From Rhynchopus sp. YZ270_cl-10 (lineage: Eukaryota): DNA of 64,000 nt. The position numbers and the translations under genes were made by a program. Positions within the stretch are counted from its first letter, which is position 1. The number at the start of each line of letters is the position of its first letter. Below are positions 25,585 through 38,307 of the stretch, piece after piece. Below the pieces are notes generated by a model. It searched no databases. It worked only from the letters and a program-made list of their open reading frames with translations, and had not been told where the DNA came from. Location: assembly GCA_964035575.1 (NCBI GenBank), contig OZ037843.1, forward strand, positions 496,001 to 560,000, given 5' to 3'.

Positions 25585-26094
25585 CCCTCATATTATAAAT
25601 TATGTTATTGTTACAAATAAATTATTTCGGCGATTTTTATTTTTTTTATAACATTTTTGCATTTTGTTACTTTTTTCATTGTTTGGATTTTATTTTTTTG
25701 TAACATTTTTGTTACGCCGCAGGCGTAACAAAAATGTTACTGGGGGGGCTAATAAAGCATACAGCGCGGACACCCATGGTGTAAAAATATAGCTTTTTAC
25801 ACAGAGTCACTCAACGAACCCTTTTTTGCGGAGCAAAAAGGGGAAAATGGCGCCGCAGGCAAAAAAAAAAATTGAGGTACAGCCTGGATGGTGTGGTCAG
25901 CAACCCAGTTCCCTATGGTACTCCCGTGCTTCAACCATGGGCTTTTTATTTTTTCTTTGTAACATTTGTTACTTTTTGCCCAACTGCAAAAAAACGAATA
26001 AAACATTTTATTAAATTGTTACAAAAAAAATGTTACTTTTGGGTCATTTTTTTATTAATTTATTTTTGAAAAAACATTATTTTTACTATGAGGG
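25585..26094. mobile_element. TA-flanked MITE
   Basis: TA|CCCTCATA...TATGAGGG|TA with internal TGTTAC/GTAACA repeats. Confidence 0.7.
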
Positions 26095-27224
26095 TATTTT
26101 TTTTTTTTGAAAAATTGGAATAGTGTAGTTGCCACATGTGCAAGCTCCACATGTCATTTTTTTTAAAGAGTAGCGGGGTCGTACAATTTGCTAAAAATGA
26201 TGATACAGCACGACCAGAAATGGGGGGCATCTGAGAAGGGGGGGTTTAGAGCGGGGATAAAGGGTTTTTGAAAATCGGTTTCTTTTTTGGTTCTATGGTG
26301 GGAACAGAAACGGAGCTTAGTTTATGATTTATATAACTAAACCCCCTAGCCCTGTGCCCATGCCTTTTTCACACATCCTTTCCCCTTCCTTTTTTTCTTC
26401 TTTTTTTTCTAAAAACTTAGTTGTATTAGTGTACACCCGAGGATGACATGACGCTATGTTTTTATTTTATTTTATTTTCCGAGAAAGGGGGGAAGGAAAT
26501 GAGGGGGGAATAAAGTTTCGCGAGATGAGCGCGCATCGATCCCCCAAGATTATTTCACATAATTTTCTTTTTTATATTTTTTTTTAAAGACAAAGAGAAA
26601 ACCTGCGCAAAGATGATGTGCCTTTCGTGCATACATCGACATCTTATGTTGGTATCTTGTTAAACATAAATCCCCCATTCGAGGGAGGGACTGATAGGGG
26701 TTATACATTTTTTTTTTTTTTGAACTTTATGTTTGGATCAAAAAAAAGGTGAAGTTGATGTGAAAATGCCTCGAGGCAGAGGCTCTGACATTTCCGAGGG
26801 TTAAAAAAAAGGGAGGAAAAACTTAAAAAGAAAAAGGGGGGAAAAAAGTGTCACTTGTCGTTCCCTCACCCCCCTTCTTGTAGTTGTTTGATGCGTTGAC
26901 GCTTCCACACTAAAAATCACCTGTTGGGTGGTGGTGTTGCGGAGCACGGTTAGGGTGAGTGAACGACGTGACACTTTCCGCTCACAAAGTAGTGTGCGTA
27001 AGAAAAAAAAGGGAGCAGGGTGAGGGGAGTAAAGGGCAACCTTCAAACTTACAAAAAAAAACATCGTTTTTTTTTTTCTCACAGCCCATCCTCCTCATTT
27101 CCTAGCTTTAAAGAGGGGGGGAAAAAGATGTTGAAAAGCGTGCAAGAAACCGCCTCACCTTAGATTGGCGGACGCAAGGGCACTGTTTCACTTCGAGGCG
27201 ATAGACCTTCAAAGAACGAAAAAG

Positions 27225-27521
27225 GCTAATGAGATTAGGATCTGGGCTGTGCTGCCGTCCTCAAGGATTGGCACATCTCCCTTTCAGTGCGGCTTATGGG
27301 TTTGACACCCTAAGCCTTGCACACGTGTTAGACTCCTTGGTCCGTGTTTCAAGACGGGTAGTTAAAGGTCGCTATGTCAGGTGCCCACCCTACGTAAACT
27401 AATCTGAGATACACACGCCTCACAAAGACCGCAACCCGAAGGAGTGATACTTAGTGAGGACATGAGCACAACAGACTTGAAGACTCCTTAGGTCCGTGTT
27501 TCAAGACGGGTAGTTAAAGGT
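27225..27521 (-). pseudogene. LSU (28S) rRNA gene fragment with a short re-duplicated piece
   Basis: The reverse complement contains the conserved ACCCGTCTTGAAACACGGACCAAGGAGTCTAAC at ~27328-27359, repeated at 27482-27521. No other rDNA is present around it. Confidence 0.85.
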
Positions 27522-29062
27522 TTTCATATACTATCTATTCTACTGAATAGAAGGCCTAATAGGGGTGCACTAAAGGTACCCAAAACTTTTTTTCTCAGTG
27601 GTTTTTCATCTCCACTCAAGGAGATGAAAAACCGCACCTTTCACACTCAAAAAAAAAGAGGGGGGAAAAAAAAAAAAACTGGACGAAGAAAAATTTGTAA
27701 CATAAAACCTAAAGCGCGGTGCTTCAGGACAGCCTTTGAATTTTTAAGGTAAATGGTACTGATGAATAGCGGGTATTTGACCACACGGTCGGAAGTATTT
27801 TTTTGAAGGTGAGGTACGGGGTTAAAAAAAAAAAATATACTAAAATAACAAGATTGTAACAAAGAGCGTGGGTATAATAATTTAACAATAATGTGAAAGA
27901 ATGGCGAATTTTTTTTGTGCTTTTTGAATGGTGTCATCTGGAGACACTGAAAGCTTTTGAAAAAGAAAAAATGTAAAATAGAGAAAGACAACTTGAACGA
28001 TGAATGTGCCTATAATGCACAAACATTTAAAAAAAAAGCGGGAATGTTAAGATAAGATTCACTTTCAATTCGGGAGAACAGAAATAGGGGGGCGTATATT
28101 CCGGTTACCGTCTTCGTAAAAATGTTCGACCGTAAAAAAGGACGAACTTCCAGAAAAATCCTGAACAGGACGAATTTTATTACGGTCGAACATATTTACA
28201 AAGACGGTAAGCCTAAAAAGGCGGGGGTTTTTTTGGGCCTTTCTCAAAAATTTAAGACCCGGAAAAGTGCTTTTGTGTTTCAGATCCACGACCGAAGTGA
28301 CGTACCTATGAATAGGCGCTACTTCTTTTGCTGAGAGCGTTGCAGAGGGAACAGGCATTCTGTGTGACACTTCCAAGAAATACCAAAAACGCTTTCGGTA
28401 CCAAACTTTAGTCTTGAAGTCCCAAAAAAGACCAAACAACAATTAAAAGACCCTTAAACCCCGGTATAGGCCCCCCTAACACACAGTGGAGTCCGCCCAA
28501 AATGGGCGGACCCTTTTGGGCGGACTCCACCGTGCAGAAAGCAAAAAAAAAAAGTGTCACTTGTCGTTCCCTCACCCCCCTTCTTGTAGTTGTTTGATGC
28601 GTTGACGCTTCCACACACACTAAAAATAACCTGTTGGGTGGTGGTGTTGCGGAGCACGGTTGGGTGAGTGAACGACGTGACACTTTCCGCTCAGTGTGCG
28701 TAAAAAAAAAGAGAGAGAGAGTTGCCATAATAAGCAAGTAATCATCGACGTACATCCCCCCCTTTACTCCGCACCTCTCTTTTTTTGAACTAGCGCAAAA
28801 AAAAGGGGTGCGGGGAGGGAGGGGGGGAACTGGATGGAGGGGAGGGGAGGTGATCAGAACTTTGTTTTGTTTTTTTGTTTTTTTTTTTTGTGCTGCGGAA
28901 ATGTGTTGGGACCTGGTATACTGGACCCTTCATGTCAACACAATTGGCTCTTGCCCCTTTGATGCTTAGTCACCTTTTAAAAGGGAGGAAACAACAACAA
29001 AAAAAAAAAGACTTGAAGGATTGTAAAAGACCCCTCAAATAAGTTACATTATTTGGGAGGAG

Positions 29063-29741
29063 CAGTGTTTCCGCTATGAAGATATGACCCAAAAAATCTT
29101 CAAAAAAAAAAAATCTGGGATTTTCCCGTTTTTTCCCATGAAGATATCTTCATGAGAAAAAAAAAAAAAAAAAAAAAAAAAAACCCAGAAAAAAAGGGGA
29201 GGCAGGCGTCGCGCGCGCGCGAAGCGCGTCTTATCCCCTTCCTGGTATCATTGTGAAGAGGATATAGCGAGGTAAAGTTTCAGACCGTGCCCCCAATTCC
29301 CTCAATCTTTGCACCATTTGACAAAGAGTGAGAATAAGGGATCGACAAAAATAAAAAAAGTAGCGTACCGTGCGCCTGCGGCGCAAAACTTATGAGCGGA
29401 ATCCCACAGCCCTCTACCATAGTTTGTCTGTAAAAATGGTTGATTTTAAGTCACAATTTTTGAAATGTTGCGTACCGTGGCTTCGCCAAAAAGTTTTGAT
29501 ATTATGACCGCCGTTTCTCCCTATACTGAGGGAAGGCAGGCGTAGAAAAAACATGAGAAAAAGGGTTGGTTTGGTTCTTGATGTACATTACCATCCCACG
29601 TCATCACGTATTTACCTGAAATGGACGGACCTTTTCGCGCGGAGCGCGAAAAGATTTTTTTTGACCCCTTTTTGGACATATCTTCATATCTTCACGGTTT
29701 TGGAAAAAAAAAATTTTCCATGAAGATAAGCGGAAACCCTG
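29063..29741. mobile_element. hAT-like non-autonomous element
   Basis: TIR CAGTGTTTCCGCT / AGCGGAAACCCTG; 8-bp TSD GGGAGGAG. Confidence 0.88.
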
Positions 29742-32254
29742 GGGAGGAGGTTAAAAAAAAAAAACCACAAAAATAAAAACTAAAAAAAGATATTTGGAGA
29801 CCCCATTGAGGGACCTCTTGGATATCTTTAAAAAAAAGTCTGTTCATGTTTAGGAAAAAAGGCGTTGATTTTAGTTCTGAAAGTAGACATAAAATATACA
29901 TTTTTTTTTTTTTTTGAAAACTTGGTTGTTTTAGTGTAGACACACGAAGATGAACTCCACTATACTACACGCATCTAAGTGATGCGATTTTTTTGTTTGT
30001 ATTTCTTGCGAAAGGGGGTTTTATGAAGCTTTTTATATGTGTGCGGGGGGAGAAAAAGAAGGAGGGGGGCAAAGGCGCGTGAGAAGTGGGGGGTTGCTCA
30101 CTAACGAGCATATGAGGAGGAGTAGTTGCGGAAAAGAGAAAAAAAATGCTGGCGCGAAGGGGCTTCATCATATGCAATCAATGAATTGATAGTATATGGT
30201 GAGGGATCAACAAAAAACGTTCCCATCTTTCGTTTTATGGCGTATGTTTTGCAAAACGTAGATGGAGTTTAAAATATAAAAAAAAAAAATGGAGTTTTTT
30301 GCTTTGTGCTCTTGCTTTGGTGCGAAGAAGGGACAGCTAGTATTGTGATGTGTATTATGTATTATGATGGGCAGTTATCACAGTACAGCCAAACCACAAA
30401 ACTACGTTCCCTTTGCAGTCTCGAGGGGGAGGAAAAAAATCCTAAAACCAAAGCTTTGCAACTGTGTGTGCAGAGTCTGATTTAGATTACACAAAACCAC
30501 TTCTTTAAAAAGAGAGAGAGAAAGAGAAAGAGCGAGAGAAATAAAAGAAAATAAAGTACATAATTCCACTTTGGTGTTGGTTTGCTTTGTTTTACAGGTC
30601 TTTTTTTTAAATGAATTTCAAGAGGTATCGATACAGATGATCCTCAACCTAATGAATTGTTTTAATTTTTTTTTTTTTTTTTTTGATAAATTGTTGGAGT
30701 AGTGTAGTTGCCTCGGTTTGTGTTGCCACAGTTTGTGCAATCTCCACTGTCCAAAAGTTCACTCACGAAAAAGGCCTCAGATCTGGGGGCTTTTCGTGTC
30801 CTTTTTTTCCTTCGCAGAATCCCACTTTTGAGAGCAAAGAAAAGCTTCTAAGATGAACCTAAACCTCTCGTGTCTAGTCACCTTGAGGAAAGCATCAGCC
30901 TCATAAAATACAGAGAGAAAGAAAAGTTGGTCAGAACATAAATCCTCATTCATTTATTGTTCAAGGGGGGGAAAAAGGGGGGAGAAAAAGAAGAAAAAAA
31001 ACAAACTTAAAAAGTACACACACATACACGCTTCGAAGGGTCACCGCAAAAAATATCTCCTTGTTTTTTTTTCCTTTTGAAAACTTTGCAAATCAGTGTA
31101 GACACCCGAGGGTGCTTCCACCACGTTTTTTTTTTTTTTTTTTTTTTTGATAAATTGTTGGAGTAGTACAGTTGCCTCGGTTTGTGTTTGCCACAGTTTG
31201 TGCAATCTCCACTTTCCTTTTTTTTTTTTTCGAACAGAAACGTCTCTCACTCCATACTCGCTTTCATTTGGTAGAGCAAAGATCACCGACAGTTAAAACC
31301 AAACACAGTGCCGTTGGGTGTACCAAAACGATAGAGGGAGGGTTGGGTGGGGCGATGATGAGACTGCATCCTTGTTTTCTATGCACTGTCAGAATACTAC
31401 ACGTCGACAGTCTGATGTTGTGGACGTAAAATATGTTGAGAAACGCCAATTTTCCGCTCACAAAGTAGTGTGCAAAAACAAAAAAAAACACACACGAGCT
31501 TATGAGTTGAACCTAAGCCTCTCACGCTTATATGGTGGTGTCTGACCAAAATGGCCGGACTCTTAGCCGGACCCCTGAGTCCGGATTGGACTGACTCCAA
31601 GCTGGTCAGACTCCACCGTGTTATCACCGGGTGAAAAAACAAAAGAAAAAGGCCATATTCTCAACACTAGTACGTCCACAATGGTGCAATACAGAAAAAC
31701 ATAAAATCCAGCCCCCATAAGGAAGGCCACGTCCTGATCAAAAAGGATATCACAAAGAGTCAAAAAAAAAATCGTGAAATCTCCACAAGAATTCGCCATG
31801 TGCGTGAAATCTCCTCCGTTTTTAATTTATTTTTTTTGAAAAAAAGTTAGATGAGCTTGGTGGCATCTCAAGGGGGGGAAGGAGGGCACAAAAGATTAAG
31901 ATATTATTTTCAATCGAAAAGAGGGAGTTTTTTATCCATCAGCGTTCGTCTCCTCTCTGTTTGTAAATACGAAAATAATCCTTTGTTTTGGGCACAAAAA
32001 AAAAGGGGGGGGGGAACTCATGCGTACGCCCCCTCCCGGGCGCAGACACAAAAATAAAGGGTACAAGGTATGCGGTAGAGGACGATGAGAGGGGAAACGG
32101 AGGAAAGGGGAGGGGAGAATGAGATCATCAATTGTGCGACTGTTCTGTGTGTTTGAGGGGGGGTGACGGTCTAAAAAATAAACTCCCCTCCCCCCTCCTC
32201 CTCCCAAAAGAAGGCGGGTAGAGTACTCTGTGCTAAACTAGTAGTGTTAATTGG

Positions 32255-32510
32255 TGCTATTTTGCTTGTTACCAGGGTAACAAGGCCACCGTGTACACAA
32301 ACGAATAGTCAGAAGGACTACAACGTGGGACCACCAGTCGTAATGACTATGTACCAAACTAGTTGCAAAACAACGGTCGTTTGGATCAGTAGCACTACTG
32401 GTAGTCGTCCTGACTAGTCCGCCGTGTATGTGACCGGGGGGAGAACATCTGAGGGGGGGTGGACCCCAACTATGCAGTCCTACATCCATTTTTTCGCGGT
32501 TTTCCATCTG
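32255..32510 (-). mobile_element. Structured retroposon-like repeat headed by a hammerhead remnant
   Basis: The body is near-identical to ~36210-36410. Its right end matches 60515-60570, including the 3' half of the ribozyme. Confidence 0.55.
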
Positions 32511-32748
32511 CACGACGGGACCCAATGACAAGTGACAAGTGAATCACTTGTCATATTTATGACAAGTGAAATGACAAAAAAGTCACTTGTCATGACAAGT
32601 GAATAGCCTATATCCCCATAGAAAATCACTTGTCATGACAAGTGGACAAGTGGCTCACTTGTCATTCACTTGTCATTTACTTGTCACCCATTTCACTTGT
32701 CATTCACTTGTCATTTTCACTTGTCACTTGTCACTGGGTCCCGTCGTG
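32511..32748. mobile_element. CAC...GTG MITE (CMC/EnSpm-like)
   Basis: TIR CACGACGGGACCCA(A/G)TGACAAGTG, flanked by TG/TG, with TGACAAGTG internal repeats. Confidence 0.85.
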
Positions 32749-33233
32749 TGGTGGATGGTATATGGGGGGGGGGTGCGGAATCACAAAATCGATTGACTCT
32801 CTGATGATTTGGTATTAGTTTAGATTTTTTTTTTTTTGAATACTTTTGGTTGTATTAGTGCAGACACCCGAGGATGTGCTACACTGTTTTTTTTTTTGGC
32901 GGGTAAAGAGAAAAAGAAATGTTGAAGGGGTTATTTTTTCCTTTTGGAAACAAAAAAAAGAGGGAGACTACCAAATGAACCAAGCAGGTTGTGCTCAGTG
33001 ACCTTGGCGAAAAATATGGGGTGGGGGGGCTCGTAAAATACATGTGTCGCGTGCTGTGTACATTCGCATTTTTTTTTTTTTTTGGCTGTGAGAGAGAAAG
33101 CGTACCAGGATGACCATCAGCCTCTCTGCTTAGTCAGCTCTGGTATAATGGTTCGGGTAAGCTTATACACAACGCAACGGAGGAAGGAAAAAATACAAAA
33201 GAAAAAAAAAAATAGTAACTCTGATAGGTAAAA

Positions 33234-34035
33234 CATACTTGGACCGCCCGAAATATATTTCGGGCATTTCGGGCGAATTCGGGCGCTTTTTCCTTAGTGA
33301 AAACCGACTAGGTAGGGTTCTATTCATTTTTGCAAAAAACTTTTTATATTTGGAAAGATTTGATGTCAAATCTGTCAAAATAAGCAAGAATTGAAAACTT
33401 TTGGACACCTGAATGCACTTTGGAGGCCCGTGAGAATCACCATCAAATCATGGGTTTTCCGACTATCATTTGCTTATTCCCACCCAAAACACACTATGAA
33501 CCGGGTTTTCACTATTTTTTCGTATTTCAGGGTGGTTTTTTGTGAATTTTCGGGTCACAGGGTGGTTCTGACCCATTCTGGGGGTGTTTAGGGCCTGTAG
33601 TTGCTCAGGAGATGCCCGAAAACGTGAAAAAACGGCATTTTTACGTTTTTTTACGTTTTTAGTGGTATTTTCGTGTAAATTGTTAGGGAAATCGGTTTTA
33701 TACGTGGCTGCTAACAGAGCTGCACTCATATACGTTGGGTTCTACTAGGACTTTTTGCTCGATTTTTTTTTTCTGTGAACAATTTTTGTGGCAATCTTTC
33801 AAATAAAGCGTAAGATTTTTACACTGGTGGCATGCTTCCCAGCACACATAAGATACTCCAGTGCACTGGTTGTGCGCCCGAATTCGCCCGAATCTGCCCG
33901 AAATCGCCCGAAATACGTATAAATTCCCTTTAAAACGCCCGAAATATATTTCGGGCACATTTCGGGCGCTCGGGACCCGCGCCCGAAAAATTCGCCCGAA
34001 TTCGCCCGAAATATATTTCGAGCGGTCCAAGTATG
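33234..34035. mobile_element. CATACTTGG MITE, copy 2
   Basis: Same TIRs as copy 1; TSD GTAAAA. Confidence 0.92.
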
Positions 34036-34248
34036 GTAAAAGGGGTAAAAGGGTTTATGTTGCTTAATTACCCTGTTGGAGGGGGGGTGATTGGCGACCA
34101 TATAGGAGGAAGCTATTTCTCCTTTAAGCTGCCCTTTTGTAGGTATATAAAAAAAATTTAAAGAAGAGGGGGAGAGAGGGAGGGAAAGAGTGCGCAAGAT
34201 CAATGTGTATCTCATTGACCCACATAAAGAATAGGCGCGAGAAAAGAG

Positions 34249-34283
<35 letters not shown>

Positions 34284-37200
34284 TTGTGAGATGCTTTCAC
34301 CATACCCATTTGTTAATTTTTTAATCACAATCGTTTATCGTGCAGCATCAGCTGTACAAAGAAAAAGAGGATTTTTTTTTTTTGCGGTCGTTTTGGTTTT
34401 TGGAGGTCAAGCTGAAAAATATATTTTTAAAAAAGAGGGCTGAAAGGTTTGTAGTGTCTGCGTGGGTAAGGAATAGGGGAATTGATACTTTTTTTGTTGT
34501 GTCGACAATCACCTGCGATGTGCAGGATCTGTACATCAATGTCACCCGAAGGCTATTTTTCTTTTTCTTTTTTGATAAATTTTTGGAGTAATATTTTGTT
34601 TGCAACAACAAAACTGAGAGACGGGGTATGATAATAGCATCCTTCCCCGCCCCCCCCTCCTTTTTTCGGCAAAAGTATCTTTTGTTTTTTCTGAGGGAGT
34701 ATTTGAGGATGGGCTGGCGGACTGCAAGATTAATTATCCACATAAGTTAGGATACACACAAATCTCGAAAAGAAAAAAGAAAAAAAAAAAATAGTGTCCA
34801 CAAATGGAAAGACGGGAGTATTGAAGTGAGTAAAAAAAAATAGGGGACACAGACACCAAAAAAAAATAATAATAATAAAGGCTGGATGGAGGAAAAAGTG
34901 TTCCAACATATGCAATCAATAAATTGATAGCATAGGAGGAGGGATCAAAAAATGTTCCCGGGTTTTGCGAGAAAAAAAATTGTTTGATTATAGACTACTA
35001 TCACAAGATAGGCAGCCACAATTTTTTTCCTCACAGGATCCTTGAGACTAAAAAATAATGAGGCTGAAAGGGGGAAAAACAAAAAAAGGGGGGGGGGAAG
35101 AAGAAGAAGAAAGACTTTGTGGGCGGTTGAAAGAGTAATAAAAAAAAGCGGGGTTAAAAAAATAAAAAAAAATAAAAACGTAACCAAAGAGAAAAACTGC
35201 AAAGATGACACTAAGTTTCTCAGTGCTTAGAATAAAAGGGGGGTTTGAAAATGTTTTTTTGTTTGTTTGTTTTGAAAGTGCTTTGTGCGGCAGAATAAAA
35301 GGGGAGTTTTGTCACTTAGTAAAAAGTTGAAAATACAGTTTGTATGGGAAGACTGATAAGGAGGCTAAAAAAATATATAGAGTTGTTTCATATACATTCT
35401 TTTTCTGACAAAAAGAAGGTACAGAGGGTGCTAAAAATGCACCCTTGCTTTTTTTTTTTTTTTTTGAATGTAGAGTTGAAATACAAAAGCCCTCTCGTGA
35501 ACAGTGTACCTTGTGTACAATGACCGGCTGTACCGGGGTGGGGGGGGGGGGGAAAGAAACGTTTATAAGATTATACTAAGCCTCTCGTGCTTAGTCACCT
35601 TGATCGCATTCGTATTTTATACGAATATGAATATTTTTTCACGCATTTTTAAAAAAAGGGAAAACCGTGTAACAAAGAGCAATGCCGTTTGTGTTAATGT
35701 AGGGGGGGGAGGGAGGGAAAATGACGGGAGTTTTTTTTTTTTTGAAAACTTGGTTGTTTTAGTGTAGACACCCGAAGATGAACTCCACTACTTTTTTTTT
35801 TTTGTTTTTTTGTATAAAAACTGCGTATTTATGGGGTCGGTTGGTACAAGTTCATGACAAAAAAAAAAAAATGGGCATTTTTTTTTGTCATAGGGAAAGC
35901 AAAGTTCCCTTGGGGAGGGGAGGAAATTGGAAGGGGGTTAGGATGAAGGGAGGGAAACAAAAGATTTATTTTATTTTTATTTTTTTGATAAATTCTTGGA
36001 GTAGTGTAGTTGCTTCGGTTTGTGTTGCCACAGTTTGTGCAATCTCCACTTTCTTCTTTTTTTCGAACAGAAACGTCTCTCACTCCATTTGGAAAAGGGG
36101 ATTTTTATGAAAAATTTGGCATTTTATGGAGAGAAAAAAACAAAAAACAAAAAATAAACAAGCTTGAGCTGAGTTCTGTCACAAGCTACAAAGTAATAAG
36201 GAAAAAGTTTGTTATTTTGCTTGTTACCAGGGTAACAAGGCCACCCGTGTACACAGAGGACTAATCAGCAGGACTACAACGTGGCACCACCAGTCGTAAT
36301 GACTATGTACCAAACTAGTTGTAAAACAACGGTCGTTTGGATCAGTAGCACTACTGGTAGTCGTCCTGACTAGTCCGCCGTGTACGTGACCGGGGGGGAG
36401 AACACCGGGGGGGCGGGGTTTTGTTTTGATAAATTAGAAATTAACTTCTGGTATTTTTTTCAGGCACGATGAGAGGGGGGTGAAACCTGAACGAGAACAC
36501 TGCAAACATTTTTAGAGTACCATAAAAAAATTGACTTTTCCGGGGCGCAAAAAATTCTGGGAACAAAAACTGGGACAATCGGGGGAAAATCTGAACCATT
36601 TTTACGCTCCAGAAAGAAAAAATAATTTTACGATATTATTATCGCTAGACTAGAGTGGGTTGGGGTGTGTGTGTGTTTGATAACGGGTTTAGAGTGGGTA
36701 ACGCCTGAACGGAGTATGGCCCACTGTGCGTGTGTGTGGGTATCCAGGGGGAGACCCACTTCACAGCAACAGCTGCTTTAACAAAAGTAGCATAGTGGTG
36801 GGGGGTTATTGTACTTTTTATTTTGAAGATTTTGTGGGAACAGTGTATGTTGCCGTGCAAACACCACTGTCTCTGTTTTTTTTTAAAATTGTAAACTTTT
36901 AACAATCCTTTAAATAGGGCCAATATTCACAAAAGCCCTTTTTTTTTTTTTTTTGTACTACGGAAGGTACAGATGTAGTTCGTCCTCAACACACCCCCCT
37001 CTTTTTTTTCTTTTTTTCCTCTTGCACGTTTACGAGATGTGCAAAAAAATTTAAAAAAAAAAAAAAAATGGTAATGCTAAGCGTATCATGCTCAACCACC
37101 TTTAAAAGAGGGGGGCGAGTAAAGAATTCTCATAAAAGGCAGGTGCAGCCGTTGGTTTGAGTCCTAATTGCCAACGGTAAGTAAACGGTGAAAAAAAAAA

Positions 37201-38199
37201 ACCCCCCCATAAATGGTGCTTAGGGAGGGGTCGATATTGACACATCGCTGACAGGTCGTTGACCGACTTCCGAAAGCACCAATAAAGTAAACCACAAGTC
37301 AAGTCATTTAGTTGAGAATGGTGGGCACGTGCTTCACCGCCGTGCACGGTGAAGTACGTGCCCGCATTCTCGGTTTGTGGTTGGATGAGAGTGGGAAATA
37401 GAAGGGGTGAGGGGGGTTTAATATTTAACTTTCAATCGAAAGACGGAGTTTTTTTTCCCATCAGCGTCGTCTCCCCTTTCTTGTTTTTTGAAAACATGGT
37501 TGTATTAGTGTAGACACCCGAGGAAGAACTCCACTATAGTTTTTTTTCTTCTTTTTTGCTTTTTTTTTTTTTTTTTTTGCAAATTTTGAGCAGGGTGCAG
37601 CCAGCAACACCTTTCCCTAATTGCGCAACATAAAGGGTTCAATTGCGTGGTTTTCCTTGTGGTTTCACCGTTGCAAACCAACGGTGAAACCTACAAAGAA
37701 AATCCACAAAGTTAAGTCATTTACTTCACTGTTGTGTACGGTCCGGAAATATTTCCCAAAACACGGTAACAATGAATGAAAAGTTTTGTGTTTTTGCTAA
37801 ACACTTTATTTCATTTACATTGGGCGGATGCAGAGGCCCTGGTGCTCCGCGGGTTGTTCGATTCCCCCCAGAGAGCACTTCGTTGGCATGCACACGGTGA
37901 TGTTTTTTTTTTTGTTTGTTTTGAAAGTGCTTTGTGCTCTGTTTAAGCTTGCTTGATAGTTTTGTAGACGTGGGGTTGGAGAGGAAGGGCGCGTTGCTTT
38001 GAATGAGATCACAACGTATCCTCTTTCTCATCCACTGTCAAATGTCCTTGTTGTTTGTTTGTTTATTTGCTTGTCTTCGTTGTAAGAAACGAAAACAAAA
38101 AAGGGGGCGTGAAAAAAGGAGGGCACAGCCGGTACACTTGCTGGGGGGGTAACAAAAAAGATGGAAGAAAAAAGTGACTTATAAATTGATGTTCGTGTT

Positions 38200-38307
38200 G
38201 AATCAAAGTGAATCAAAGTGAATCAAAGTGAATCAAAGTGAATCAAAGTGAATCAAAGTGAACCAAAGTAAAATCAAAGTGAATCAAAGTGAATCAAAGT
38301 GAATCAA
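38200..38307. repeat. (GAATCAAAGT)n minisatellite
   Basis: About 10 near-perfect 10-bp units. Confidence 0.9.
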
